From positions 416,001-480,000 of the forward strand of contig CAWDFP010000006.1 in NCBI GenBank assembly GCA_963801605.1: a DNA stretch of 64,000 nt, in the 5' to 3' direction. Origin of the DNA: an uncultured candidate division Zixibacteria bacterium. Its GTDB lineage: Bacteria > Zixibacteria > MSB-5A5 > UBA10806. The translations under genes and the position numbers were made by a program. Under the pieces are notes generated by a model. It was not told the origin of the DNA. It saw nothing but the letters and a program-made list of their open reading frames with translations, and searched no databases. Positions 21,765 through 32,673 of this stretch are shown here, piece by piece. The first letter of the stretch is position 1. The number at the start of each line of letters is the position of its first letter.

Positions 21765-22625
21765 ATGACTTTAGGTAAAAATAAATTAGGTACGGCTATT
21801 CGAATATCGATAATTATTTTATTTTTTTCGATTTTTCCATCGATACAATCCAACTCTCAGATTATTCAACCGGGACCGCCTCCTGAGCTTAAGGGCGTTG
21901 ATGTCACCGAGCATTTGGGAGAGAAGATTCCGCTCGATCTTACTTTTACCAATGATGCCGGCGAAAAAGTGCCGCTTGGCCAGTACTTCAATCAAGGCAA
22001 GCCGGTAATTATCGTCATGGCTTATTATACCTGCCCGATGCTCTGTACCCTGGTGTTAAATGGGGTCGCTACCGGATTGCACAATCTGGACCTGGAGCCG
22101 GGCAAAGATTTTCAGGTACTCACGATTAGCATCGACACATCAGAAACGGTTGAGCTGGCCAAAGCCAAAAAAGAAAATCTCTTGACTGTTCTGGGCAAAG
22201 CCGGGGGTGATTCCGGTTGGCGTTTTTTTGTGGGCGAAGAATCTCAAATCCGCGCTCTGGCCGACACGCTTGGCTTTCACTACTATTATGACAAAAAACT
22301 AAAGCAGTTTGCTCATCCGGCGGTTGTTATGGTTCTCACTCCCGATGGCCGTATTTCCCGCTATCTCTACGGAGTTGAATTTAAGAAACAGGATCTGAAA
22401 TTAGCGCTCCTGGAAGCCTCCGAGGGAAAACTCGGCACAACTATTGATCGCATAATTTTGTACTGCTATCATTATAATCCTGACGCTAAGGGCTATGTCC
22501 TGTTTGCCGCCAATCTCATGAAGTTGGGTGGCGTTCTGACTATTATTGTTATTGGATTAATGTTATTTATATTGTGGCGCCGTGAAATCAAAAAGAAGCC
22601 CATGCATACAATCGCTCAAGGATAA
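21765..22625 (+). CDS. SCO family copper chaperone
   Basis: YYTCPMLC, FAHPA and RYLYGV, with a C-terminal TM helix. Confidence 0.9.
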   Translation: MTLGKNKLGTAIRISIIILFFSIFPSIQSNSQIIQPGPPPELKGVDVTEHLGEKIPLDLTFTNDAGEKVPLGQYFNQGKPVIIVMAYYTCPMLCTLVLNGVATGLHNLDLEPGKDFQVLTISIDTSETVELAKAKKENLLTVLGKAGGDSGWRFFVGEESQIRALADTLGFHYYYDKKLKQFAHPAVVMVLTPDGRISRYLYGVEFKKQDLKLALLEASEGKLGTTIDRIILYCYHYNPDAKGYVLFAANLMKLGGVLTIIVIGLMLFILWRREIKKKPMHTIAQG

Positions 22626-22643
22626 AAATTATTTGGAATAAAG

Positions 22644-23621
22644 ATGGATACCACCGGAACATTTATTCTACCGCCAGCCAGTTCAACCATTGCGCCCGAG
22701 GTTGATACCCTTTTTTATGCAATCCTGGGTGTGAGTATTTTCTTTTTTGTTATTGTCGTTGGGGCCGCAATATTTTTTACATTGAAATATCGGCGTCGCG
22801 GGCAGATCGATCTGAAGGTCCAGGCCGATCACAACACTACTCTGGAAATAGTCTGGACTGTTATTCCTCTAATAATCGTGATGATTATCTTTGCTATGGG
22901 TTTCAGGGTATATCTTAAGCAATATGTTGCCCCCAAGGATTCGCTGGAAATCAAACTTACAGCCCAGCGCTGGACCTGGAATTTTACCTATCCCAACGGC
23001 GCCAATAGTAACGAACTTGTGGTCCCGGCCGGAAAACCGGTTAAGCTGCTGATGTCATCTCTTGATGTCATTCATGGTTTTTATGTCCCCGATTTTCGTA
23101 TCAAGCAGGATGTCTTGCCAAATCGCTATACCACTATCTGGTTTGAGGCTCCTGATCCAGGCGAACATGTTCTTACCTGCACTCAGTATTGCGGGCTGGG
23201 GCATTCTGCTATGATGAGTAAGGTGCGAGTCCTTCCTCAAAGCGAATATGATAAGTGGCTGGCCACGAGCAGTGGCAGCCCGGCCGCCGGAGTTTCACCG
23301 GAAAAATATGGAGAATCGCTTTATAAATCTAAGGGATGCGTTAGTTGTCATACAATCGATGGCACCGCCAGCGTAGGCCCAACATTCAAGTCTCTCTTCG
23401 GCACCAAGGTCACCCTGGAAGGCGACAGAGTAATGACTGTTGACGAAAATTATATCAGAACCTGCATCCTGGAACCCGAGAAGATTAGAGTCAAAGGATT
23501 TCCCCCCGTAATGCCGACTTTTCAAGGAACCTTGAACAACAATGATATTGATGCCATCATTGCTTTTATTAAATCGATGTCAGAAGAGGCCGGAGAGGGG
23601 CATCCGGGAGATAAAAAATGA
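22644..23621 (+). CDS. ctaC: Cytochrome c oxidase subunit II with fused cytochrome c (caa3-type)
   Basis: LEIVWTVIP, DVIHGF, CuA motif CTQYCGLGHSAM and C-terminal CVSCH. Confidence 0.95.
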   Translation: MDTTGTFILPPASSTIAPEVDTLFYAILGVSIFFFVIVVGAAIFFTLKYRRRGQIDLKVQADHNTTLEIVWTVIPLIIVMIIFAMGFRVYLKQYVAPKDSLEIKLTAQRWTWNFTYPNGANSNELVVPAGKPVKLLMSSLDVIHGFYVPDFRIKQDVLPNRYTTIWFEAPDPGEHVLTCTQYCGLGHSAMMSKVRVLPQSEYDKWLATSSGSPAAGVSPEKYGESLYKSKGCVSCHTIDGTASVGPTFKSLFGTKVTLEGDRVMTVDENYIRTCILEPEKIRVKGFPPVMPTFQGTLNNNDIDAIIAFIKSMSEEAGEGHPGDKK

Positions 23622-25229
23622 ATGAGTTACCAAAAACTAATTTTCTCAACAGCCCCAAGGGCTTGAAAAGCTGGCTGTTGACAAAAGATCATAAACGAAT
23701 CGGTATCCTTTATTTGATTGGAATATGTACGTCCTTTCTGTTGGGCGGCATTTTTGCGATGTTGATTCGCATTCAGCTTTTGCATCCCAGTGGCGGCGGT
23801 ATAATGGGGCCTCAAACATACAACCAGATGTTTACCCTGCACGGGGCAATAATGATCTTCCTCTTTATAATTCCGGGAATTCCCGCGTCCCTGGGAAATT
23901 TCGTTCTGCCTCTGATGTTAGGCGCCAAAGACGTAGCCTTTCCCAGGCTGAATCTGGCCAGTTGGTATATATATATGATCGGCGCCATCATGGCGGTTGT
24001 CGCTATGCTGACCGGGCTCGGTTGATACCGGCTGGACATTTTATACGCCATATAGCACTTCAACCGGCGGCGCGGTTGTGATGATGACCATGGCCATTTT
24101 TGTGCTTGGCTTTTCATCAATTTTTACCGGTTTGAATTTTATCGTTACGATCCATAAATTGCGGGCGCCGGGCCTGACCTGGTTTAAGCTGCCGCTGTTT
24201 GTCTGGTCGTTGTATGCCACCGCTATTATCCAGATTGTAGCCACTCCGGTTCTGGGAATTACACTGGTCCTCCTGGCTCTGGAGAGAATTGTAGGACTGG
24301 GAATATTCGATCCTGCTTTGGGAGGAGATCCAGTCCTCTTCCAGCATTTTTTCTGGTTTTACTCTCATCCCGCGGTTTATATCATGATTCTGCCCGCCAT
24401 GGGGATTATAAGCGAGCTTATCCCGGTATTTTCGCACAAGAAGATTTTCGGTTACCGAGCCATTGCATATTCCAGTTTTGGAATTGCCTTTATAAGTTTT
24501 CTGGTTTGGGGCCATCATATGTTTGTCAGCGGCCAATCGCAGGTCGCCGCCATGATTTTCTCGTTTTTAACATTCTTAGTGGCAATTCCCTCGGGGATCA
24601 AGGTTTTCAATTGGATCGCCACCATGTACAAAGGAGCAATCAGTCTGGAAACTCCTATGCTCTATGCTTTGTCATTTCTATTCCTTTTCACAATTGGAGG
24701 TTTAACCGGACTTTTCCTGGGCGCTCTGGCCACCGATGTTCACCTCACCAATACTTATTTTGTTGTAGCTCATTTTCATTATGTCATGGTTGGAGGAACC
24801 GTCATGGCGTTTCTGGGAGGCCTGCACTACTGGTGGCCGAAAATGTTTGGCAGGATGTATAACGTATTTTGGTCAAGAATCTCGACCGGATTGGTTTTCG
24901 TAGGTTTTAATATTACATTTTTCACGCAGTTTATTCTGGGCACCAGAGGCATGCCGCGTCGCTACTATAGCTATCTTCAGCAGTTCCAACCGTTGCATTA
25001 TTATTCAACCATCGGATCCTGGATTCTGGCGCTGGGATTTGTAATTATGGCCATCTATCTAATACATGCAATATTCAAGGGCCGGCCTACCGGCGATAAT
25101 CCCTGGGGCGGCCTGACCTTAGAATGGGCAACAACCTCGCCTCCCCCAACCGAGAATTTTAAAGAAGCGCCAATCGTAACTCATGGCCCCTATGACTATG
25201 ATTTGGTAATCGCTAAACCGACAATATGA
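23618..25229 (+). CDS. ctaD: Cytochrome c oxidase subunit I, A2-type; frameshift near 24015
   Basis: DHKRIG, FTLHG and AFPRLN. Removing one G gives [33 protein letters not shown] and MPRRY are present. Confidence 0.95.
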
Positions 25230-25233
25230 TTTG

Positions 25234-25894
25234 ATGGGAAAAATCGTGGATCACGAGGAAACATACCCAAATTCTCTGGCGCATCATTTCAGCTCGATGC
25301 GAACAACAGCGCGATGCCGCCAAACTTGGGATGTGGATTTTTATCCTGACGGAACTTCTCCTTTTCGGCGGTCTCTTTGTAGCTTATACGATTTTTCGAG
25401 TATTAAACCCCGAAACTTTTTATAATGCCCATAAAGAGCTAAACCTCACTCTTGGCACCATAAACACAATCATACTAATAACCAGCTCAGTCACAATTGC
25501 CCTGGCAATTCATTTTATTCAGATTGGAAAGAAATCCCGAACCCTGATCCTTCTTTTTTGTACCCTGGCCTTAGCGGCGGGATTTTTGGTAATCAAATAT
25601 TTCGAATATAGCCATAAGTTTGAACTCGGCCAGCTTCCGGGGAAATTTTACACCTATACCGGAGTGGCGGGTAATAATCCGCATATCTTTTTCTCGATAT
25701 ATTTCCTCATGACCGGTCTGCATGCCTTTCATATTATCGCAGGGATGGTTGTAATCAGTCTCATGATTTATAAGACCTCGAAAAGCAGGTTTTCACCTTC
25801 ATACTATACTCCACTGGAATTAACCGGCCTTTACTGGCATCTGGTAGACCTGATCTGGATTTTTTTGTTTCCACTCCTTTACTTGATAGGATAA
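25234..25894 (+). CDS. ctaE: Cytochrome c oxidase subunit III; frameshift near 25300
   Basis: AHHF…EQQRDAAKLGMWIFILTE, TGLHAFH and YWHLVDLIWIFLFPLLY. Confidence 0.92.
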
Positions 25895-25904
25895 AATCGT
25901 TGCG

Positions 25905-26324
25905 ATGAACCAGGAAGTAAAATCTCGTCAGGACCATATAACCTCGGTAAAGGTATATCTATTGGTAGGGATAACTCTTTTAATTCTCACCGGCTTAACC
26001 GTTAAGGTTTCGACTATTCATTTGGGAGCCTGGAACGCTATTGCGGCTTTGGCAATTGCCAGCACCAAGGCCCTGTTAGTGGCGCTATTTTTTATGCATC
26101 TATTGCACGATAAGCGGATCTATGCGGTGATAATGAGCGCCGCCCTGATTTTTCTCGGAATTTTTCTCGGACTGACTATGGCCGATGTCCTTCGTCGCGG
26201 CGATATAAATCAGAACGAGGCTCAGCCGATAAAACCTGAAGCCGGATTTTATTCACATCCCAAAAGTGATACAACCGTCGCTATACCAAGCCCCGGTTCG
26301 GAGGATTCATCACAAGTACATTAA
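25905..26324 (+). CDS. ctaF: Cytochrome c oxidase subunit IV (caa3-type)
   Basis: Three TM helices and KALLVALFFMHL. Confidence 0.85.
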   Translation: MNQEVKSRQDHITSVKVYLLVGITLLILTGLTVKVSTIHLGAWNAIAALAIASTKALLVALFFMHLLHDKRIYAVIMSAALIFLGIFLGLTMADVLRRGDINQNEAQPIKPEAGFYSHPKSDTTVAIPSPGSEDSSQVH

Positions 26325-26384
26325 TTTGAAATGAGCGGTTTTGATGGGAATAATCTTTAATTCAAATGCCAATAGGGGGAGAGC

Positions 26385-27329
26385 GTGAAAATATTCCGAC
26401 GATTTGCGTTATTTTCAACCCTTGCGACCTATCTTCTGATTTTCGTTGGAGGCATGGTGCGCGTTTCAGGGGCTGGAATGGGCTGCCCGGATTGGCCTAA
26501 ATGTTTTGGTCGATGGTTTCCACCCACTAATATCAGCCAACTGCCCCCGGGTACTGACCCCAGCCAATTCAATTTTATCCTGGCCTGGATCGAATACTTT
26601 AATCGTTTGGTCGGAGTCATGGTTGGAACCCTGGTGTTAATTACGGCCATTCTGGCGATAGTTTTTTGCCGCAAATATCCGAGAATTATTTATCCAATGT
26701 TGGCGGCGTTTCTGTTAGTCTGTTATCAGGCCTGGCAGGGAGGTCAGATAGTTGCCTCGAATCTCGAGCCTCTGCTGGTCTCTTTGCATTTGGTGATCGC
26801 CCTCATTATCGCCAGCATTCTAATCTATGTAACTCAAAAAACTTATTATCTGGAAAATCCCACGGCAGAGGAACACTCCAGCTACCCTCGTCAAGTCATA
26901 AACTGGATCGGAGTGCTTTGGACCGTTGGCATGCTGCAAGTGATTCTTGGTACTCAGGTACGTTCCGGCTTTGAGATTTTAGCGGGGAAATATCCGCTTC
27001 TGGATAAGGCGGCCCTGGTCGGCCAGAGCGGGCCGCAGGCATATATGCATGCTATTCTGGGTCTTCTGGTGGCTATTTTGACCTGGTATGCGGGAAATAT
27101 GATTCTTCGTCAGAGCAAGGAACCATCCAGCCTGGTTCGTGAGGGAATTTGGGTGATGATGCTTTTGGTGCTGGCCCAAATTACTATCGGGGTTGTTCTA
27201 TTTGTGGCCGCCTTACCGTCTCTTTTACAGCTTTTCCACCTCTGGATAGCAAGTCTTTATATAGGCACGGTGTTTGTGTTATATCTGGCCTTTAGAAAGA
27301 GCCTTGGAGGTGTTCGTGAAACCCGATAA
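26385..27329 (+). CDS. ctaA: Heme A synthase (CtaA/COX15)
   Basis: GGMVRVSGAGMGCPDWPKCFG, EYFNR and conserved His-bearing TM helices. Confidence 0.88.
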   Translation: MKIFRRFALFSTLATYLLIFVGGMVRVSGAGMGCPDWPKCFGRWFPPTNISQLPPGTDPSQFNFILAWIEYFNRLVGVMVGTLVLITAILAIVFCRKYPRIIYPMLAAFLLVCYQAWQGGQIVASNLEPLLVSLHLVIALIIASILIYVTQKTYYLENPTAEEHSSYPRQVINWIGVLWTVGMLQVILGTQVRSGFEILAGKYPLLDKAALVGQSGPQAYMHAILGLLVAILTWYAGNMILRQSKEPSSLVREGIWVMMLLVLAQITIGVVLFVAALPSLLQLFHLWIASLYIGTVFVLYLAFRKSLGGVRETR

Positions 27330-27921
27330 CAAATTTCCAATAGTGCTTTTAGTCGGGGTGCTGGTTTCGTTTATCCTGGGGATTACAGCTCTATTGGTGA
27401 TAACAATCGCGGCTAAGTCTCGCTCCAATCTGCCGATATTGGGACAGGTTCCGGATTTTGAATTCGTCAAGCAGGATGGTACTCCTTTCGGCTTACACGA
27501 TATGCAAGGCAAAATTAATGTCGTCGATTTCATATTCACATCCTGCCGCGAGGCTTGCCCCCTGATGAGCGGCAATATGGTTCGTCTCTACCAGCAGTAT
27601 GACAATGTGGGGAAAGTGCAGTTTGTCTCCATCTCTGTTGACCCGGACCGCGATTCATTGAAAGTGCTACAAAATTACGCCGGAGCGATGGGCGTTAATG
27701 ATAATCGATGGGTATTTCTCTGGAAACCGATAGATGAGGTTGCCACGCTTTCTGAAAAGGGGTTCATGCTATCATCGCAGAACCTTCCCGAGGGCCATAG
27801 CAGTAAGTTTGCTCTCGTCGATGGTAAAGCCCGGATACGAGGTTATTACGACGGCTTAAATGATCTTGATATGAAACTTCTGGCGCGGGATATCAATCAA
27901 CTGGTCCGGTCCGGTCAATGA
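27316..27921 (+). CDS. Second SCO family protein
   Basis: FIFTSCREACP, SISVDPDRDS and HSSKFALVD. GTG start after GGAGG. Confidence 0.88.
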   Translation: MKPDNKFPIVLLVGVLVSFILGITALLVITIAAKSRSNLPILGQVPDFEFVKQDGTPFGLHDMQGKINVVDFIFTSCREACPLMSGNMVRLYQQYDNVGKVQFVSISVDPDRDSLKVLQNYAGAMGVNDNRWVFLWKPIDEVATLSEKGFMLSSQNLPEGHSSKFALVDGKARIRGYYDGLNDLDMKLLARDINQLVRSGQ

Positions 27922-28331
27922 CGATAAGGGATCTTCCGACTTTAAATGCCTTGCTTAACCTTATAAGCGCGGTTTTACTTTTTACAGGCCGATTTGAAAT
28001 TAAGCATCAGCGCGCTGACCTGCATAAACGGATTATGCTTTCGGCAATGGTCTCATCGATGCTATTTCTTATCAGTTATTCAATTTATCATGCCGCGGTA
28101 GGCTCGGTTCCGTATGCGCATTACAATTGGACTCGTCCGCTTTACTTTACGATCCTTATTCCCCATGTGTTTCTGGCCGGTATGATGGTGCCGTTTATAA
28201 TCATGGCCATTTATTATGCGTTTCATGAACGATTCGATCGTCATAAACAAATCGTTCGAATTGTCTGGCCGGTTTGGATATTTGTTTCGATAAGCGGGAT
28301 TGCGGTGTATGTGATGCTGTATCGTTTATAA
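27918..28331 (+). CDS. DUF420 (CtaM/YozB-like) oxidase assembly membrane protein
   Basis: LPTLNALLN, HKRIM, FLISY..YH and W..VSISG; ends the oxidase operon. Confidence 0.85.
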   Translation: MTIRDLPTLNALLNLISAVLLFTGRFEIKHQRADLHKRIMLSAMVSSMLFLISYSIYHAAVGSVPYAHYNWTRPLYFTILIPHVFLAGMMVPFIIMAIYYAFHERFDRHKQIVRIVWPVWIFVSISGIAVYVMLYRL

Positions 28332-28481
28332 TACTGCTCTGTCTCAATAAAACTTTCCTAAATATTTGCCCCTTATGCGGCTTATGCGTATATTAAAAAG
28401 GATAGCCGGAAATCGTATTAAGAATGATATATCGTTCCGGCAAAACGGATCAAAGATTGACCAAAAAAAGAGAGAACGCGC

Positions 28482-30431
28482 GTGAGAGCAAAAGATCGCT
28501 GTATACCAAAAAGCCTTAGTGCTTTTTTCACAATCATAACAACTATATCAGCATTATGGATAGCGCCCTTCGCATTGGCACAGGATAAAGCCAACACCCC
28601 CGATGCTATCTCCAGCGCCGAGCCGGTTTCCATCGAGGCTTACTCATCCCGGGATAAAATCGCGCCGGGCGATAGACTCTTTTTAGCTCTCAAAGTAACT
28701 GTTGGCGCCGGTTGGCATATCAATTCCAACAGGCCGGGCGAGGAGTTCCTCATCCCCACCGAGGTCAGTCTCGGCGAGGACGCGCCTGTTACCGTGGAGA
28801 ATTTGATTTATCCCGAGGCTAAAAGCAAGCGTTTCGCTTTCAGCCCGGAAGCCCCGCTTTCTATATTCGATGGCACCGTTTGGATTAAGGTAATATTATT
28901 GATAAATAAGGATGCCACGGCCGGGTTAATTTCTATTCCGGTGCAAATTATCACGCAGGCATGCGATGACCGCTCATGCGTAGCGCCAACCACTCAGACT
29001 TTCTCGATTCCCATAGAAATTGCTCCGGGAGTGACCGTATCGGAGGCGTCGTCACGTTGACATATTCAAATCCTTGGGTATGATGTCGGAGGTTATCCCG
29101 CCGGAAATTACGCCACCTGCCCCCGCCATATCGACCACTTCGCCGGAGACTACACCTCAGGGCAAGGTCGGGTTCTTTGGAATGATGAAGAATTTCAAAG
29201 CTCAGGATTTCGTTGATCGTTATGGATATATCCTGGCCTTTATCGCCATGTATCTTTTGGGACTGGGACTGACTCTTACCCCTGTGTTTACCCGATAATT
29301 CCAATAACTATAGGTTATTTTGGCTCGCAATCGTCGGGCAAGTGGACCAGACAACTTTTAATGGCATCGGTATTTGGTTTGGGTATAGCTATAAGTTACG
29401 CAGCGGTGGGAACGGTTGCTGCCTTTTCAGGTTCGCTGATGGGCGCCGCCCTGCAAAGCAGTTGGGTACTGGCGGCATTGGCCACCCTTTGCGTTGTAAT
29501 GGGGCTTAACGCCTTTGGCTTGTTCGAAATTGCTCTTCCGGGCTGGTTAATGAATTTGGCAGGCGGCGGTTCCAGGCGCGGGGTGGCCGGAGCAGCTTTA
29601 ATGGGCCTCACTATGGGGATCGCGGCGGCCCCCTGCCTGGCGGCTTTTATCGTGAGCCTGCTGGCGTTCGTAGGACAAAAAGGCGATCCGATTCTTGGTT
29701 TTTCCATGTTTTTTGTTCTTGGCCTCGGGTTGGCGACTCCTTTTATCGCGCTTGGCACCTTCTCCGGACTCATTTCGAAAGTGCCCAAATCTGGCGCCTG
29801 GATGGTTTATGCCAAGAAGGTTATGGGTGGGCTGTTATTTGCAGCCGCGCTTTATTTCCTAAATCCTGTGCTCCCAAAACCGTTGCATCATTCAATTGTA
29901 GCAGTAGCCCTGACAGCCGCGGGGCTTTATTTCGGGTTTTTCGAACCGACTCCTGCCAAAACCTGGCGATTCAAAGCTTTCCGTTATCTTTTCGCAATCA
30001 TTTTTATCGGGGGGGCGATCTGGTGGGGGATCCCCGCCAAAGAGGTTGTGCAAGAGGGCGGAATCGCCTGGCAAAAATATTCCACGGACGCGATCTCCAA
30101 AGCCGCATCCGATAAAAAACCGGTGATTATCGATTTCTATGCCGACTGGTGTATCCCATGTAAGGAACTCGATAAATTCTCGTTCTCCGATAAACGAGTG
30201 GTTGCTGTCAGCCAGGGTTTCGTGATGCTAAAGGCCGACCTTACCAAAGCAAATTCCGATGAGGTCAAGGGACTGATCGCACAATACGGCATCAGAGGCG
30301 TTCCGACCGTGATCTTTATTAGCGCTGACGGCCAGGAGATAACCGCGCTTCGTATCAACCAGTTTGAAAAAGCAGATCTGGTATTAGGTCGATTCAATTC
30401 CCTGGCAATGACCGGCGGTAATGCCGGGTAA
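28482..30431 (+). CDS. dsbD: Thiol:disulfide interchange protein DsbD (three domains); frameshifts near 29050 and 29281
   Basis: N-domain GWHINS…QACDDRSC. The TM domain motif TPCVYP is restored by adding one C in the C-run at ~29281; APC is present. Thioredoxin domain DFYADWCIPC and GVPT. Confidence 0.88.
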
Positions 30432-30545
30432 AATTCACGGTTTTAACTAAGCCTGAATAATACAACGATAAAAATTTCGCCTACCCGGCCAAAATAAGGC
30501 GATTCTCGCTTGTTTTTTTCCATCAAATATTATAAATACAGCGCG

Positions 30546-30875
30546 ATGAAAAAATATATGTCGATCTGCCTGACGGCAGTACTGGTGATAATATTCCTTG
30601 TGGGAATGCTGGCCTGCGTTAAGAAAAAAGATACCAGGACGCTCAATGAAAGAAATCGGTCGGTTGAACAGGTTTTCGATATTCATCGTGACAGCCTGCT
30701 TTCGATACCCGGTGTAGTCGGAGCTGGAATCGCCAAATTCGAAGATAAACCTTGCATCATAATCATGGTAAATCAAAAATCGCAATACGAAGCGGGGCAA
30801 ATCCCTAAAGAGCTTGACGGATATAAGGTTATCGTTCGCGAAACAGGCGAATTTAAGGCTCTCGATAGCCTCTAG
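30546..30875 (+). CDS. Small lipoprotein resembling a protease prodomain
   Basis: Lipobox MLAC; LLSIPGVVGAGI…IPKELDGYKVIVRETGEFKAL. Confidence 0.6.
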   Translation: MKKYMSICLTAVLVIIFLVGMLACVKKKDTRTLNERNRSVEQVFDIHRDSLLSIPGVVGAGIAKFEDKPCIIIMVNQKSQYEAGQIPKELDGYKVIVRETGEFKALDSL

Positions 30876-30936
30876 TGTTATTATTTCCGGCTTTAAATAT
30901 CATTTTATATATTTTAATAATTTTATTAAATAATGC

Positions 30937-30965
30937 TTGACACATTGCTCCATGTAATGTAATTT
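30937..30965 (+). promoter_or_regulatory. Sigma70-type promoter
   Basis: TTGACA-17 bp-TAATTT with an AT-rich upstream tract. Confidence 0.45.
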
Positions 30966-31007
30966 TTCATCAGCGAGAGTTTTCGTACTTTACAAAGGAG
31001 CGCCGAC

Positions 31008-31859
31008 ATGAATAAGATCTTTTGCCTATTGGCAGTAATCTTGCTTTTGGGCGTTTCAGCGTTTGGGCAGGACCCCGTCATGCAGGATAGTGTTATTCTC
31101 GGTTCCGCTTTCGCCGAGTCAACTGGATCAATAAGCTATGTCACCATTCCGGTCTACCTGGTCACCGATGATTCGGTCATGTTCTATCACTTCGCCATAA
31201 GCTGGGCATCCTCAATTGGAGGAGTCTATGGCGATACAGGTACCATATATTATCCGCCCTGGGATTGCCCCGAATCGCATCGCGATACGGTTTATTTAAG
31301 CAGAGAGTATATCGATTTTATCAGTTTTGGGAATCTTGGTCTGCCCTGTGATACGTTCTTTTATACAAACGGTGTTAGGTCCCATCTTCTTGATTTTCGT
31401 TTCGCGATCGAACCCAATGCGCCCAACCAAACAGTCGTTCTCGATTCTACATTCGATGATAGAAATCGTTCGCTGCTGTTTGGCCTGCCCGACGGCATCC
31501 AAAGTTTCGTGCCCGCATTCCAGCCCGGCCATATCTTTATTGGGCTTTTCCAAAATACGGATGGCAACGAGCGTTTGCCATTGACCTTTGATCTGCGCCA
31601 AAACTATCCAAACCCCTTCAATCCATCGACTATAGTTGAATTCTCTTTGAAGGATGGACATGAAACATCTCTGACAATATTCGATATCCTGGGCAGAAAA
31701 GTGCGGGCGTTTCTGGAGGGGTACCTTGAGGCCGGGGCATACTCATTGACGTGGAATGGACAGGATGAAACGGGAAACAACGTGCCGTCGGGAATATATT
31801 TCTATAAACTAACAGCGGGCGATTATTCGCAAATAAAGAGAATGGCGTTGATACGATAG
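31008..31859 (+). CDS. Secreted protein with C-terminal FlgD-Ig / T9SS type A-like sorting domain
   Basis: Signal peptide, a cohesin-like beta domain, then QNYPNPFNPST…IFDILGRKV…SGIYFYKL. Confidence 0.85.
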   Translation: MNKIFCLLAVILLLGVSAFGQDPVMQDSVILGSAFAESTGSISYVTIPVYLVTDDSVMFYHFAISWASSIGGVYGDTGTIYYPPWDCPESHRDTVYLSREYIDFISFGNLGLPCDTFFYTNGVRSHLLDFRFAIEPNAPNQTVVLDSTFDDRNRSLLFGLPDGIQSFVPAFQPGHIFIGLFQNTDGNERLPLTFDLRQNYPNPFNPSTIVEFSLKDGHETSLTIFDILGRKVRAFLEGYLEAGAYSLTWNGQDETGNNVPSGIYFYKLTAGDYSQIKRMALIR

Positions 31860-31881
31860 ATAAAATCTCGAGGAGAGGCTA

Positions 31882-32664
31882 ATGAAACCCTTAATTTATT
31901 TAATCATCGTCTTGCTGACCTTTCTATCAATTGCCCAGGGCCAGGAGCGGGACAGCCTGATTATCGAGGGCGCAAATATTGATTCGGGCGCGGCGGCTGC
32001 AAATGTTAGAATTTGGGCGGTGACTTTCGATTCGGTTTACGCTTATGCAGTAAATCTTAGGTGGTACGCGCCGTATGGGGGTGTTTCATTAAGTCCATCC
32101 ATTAATTACTCCCCACCCTTGCCCAACTGGGACATCCTGTATGATTCCCTTAACATTGATTTTAACTATATAAGCCTGCTTGGTTTTGAAGGATTGGATA
32201 CGCTTAATGAGGCTCCGATTTTTACAAACGGTCAGAGGATAAATATAATTACATTGCATTTTATAATCGCGCCGGGGACCCCGCCTCAAACTGTTGACAT
32301 TGATACCTTGGGGGCTTTCAGTTTCGGCAATAATCCGGTGTTCGTGCCGGGGCAGATAATTATCGGGCCGCTCGCCGCAGCGGACGGAAATCAAATTCCT
32401 AAGCAATTTACTCTTCTTCAAAACTACCCAAATCCTTTTAATGCCCAAACAACCATAAGCTACAATCTGCCGGAAGCGGGATCTGTTACTTTAACCATCT
32501 ACGATATCATGGGGCAAAAGGTGGCGACGTTGGTTGAAGGAATAGAGCAGGCAGGAGAGCATCAGGCGGTGTGGGATGCGGGGGATGTTACATCGGGTGT
32601 GTATTTTTACATTATTCAAATGGGCAATTTCAGGCAGTCAAGAGGATGCATGTTTCTCAAGTAA
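31882..32664 (+). CDS. Secreted protein with C-terminal T9SS type A-like sorting domain (paralog of the upstream gene)
   Basis: Signal peptide. Shares FTNG.R and F.I.P..P.QTV..D segments with the previous gene; QNYPNPFNAQT…SGVYFY. Confidence 0.85.
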   Translation: MKPLIYLIIVLLTFLSIAQGQERDSLIIEGANIDSGAAAANVRIWAVTFDSVYAYAVNLRWYAPYGGVSLSPSINYSPPLPNWDILYDSLNIDFNYISLLGFEGLDTLNEAPIFTNGQRINIITLHFIIAPGTPPQTVDIDTLGAFSFGNNPVFVPGQIIIGPLAAADGNQIPKQFTLLQNYPNPFNAQTTISYNLPEAGSVTLTIYDIMGQKVATLVEGIEQAGEHQAVWDAGDVTSGVYFYIIQMGNFRQSRGCMFLK

Positions 32665-32673
32665 GGGGGATAG

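Noticed and set aside
24020..24080. TGA at 24023-24025 in ctaD as selenocysteine or stop readthrough
   Set aside because: The conserved continuation ([10 protein letters not shown]) is in a different frame, so this is a frameshift.
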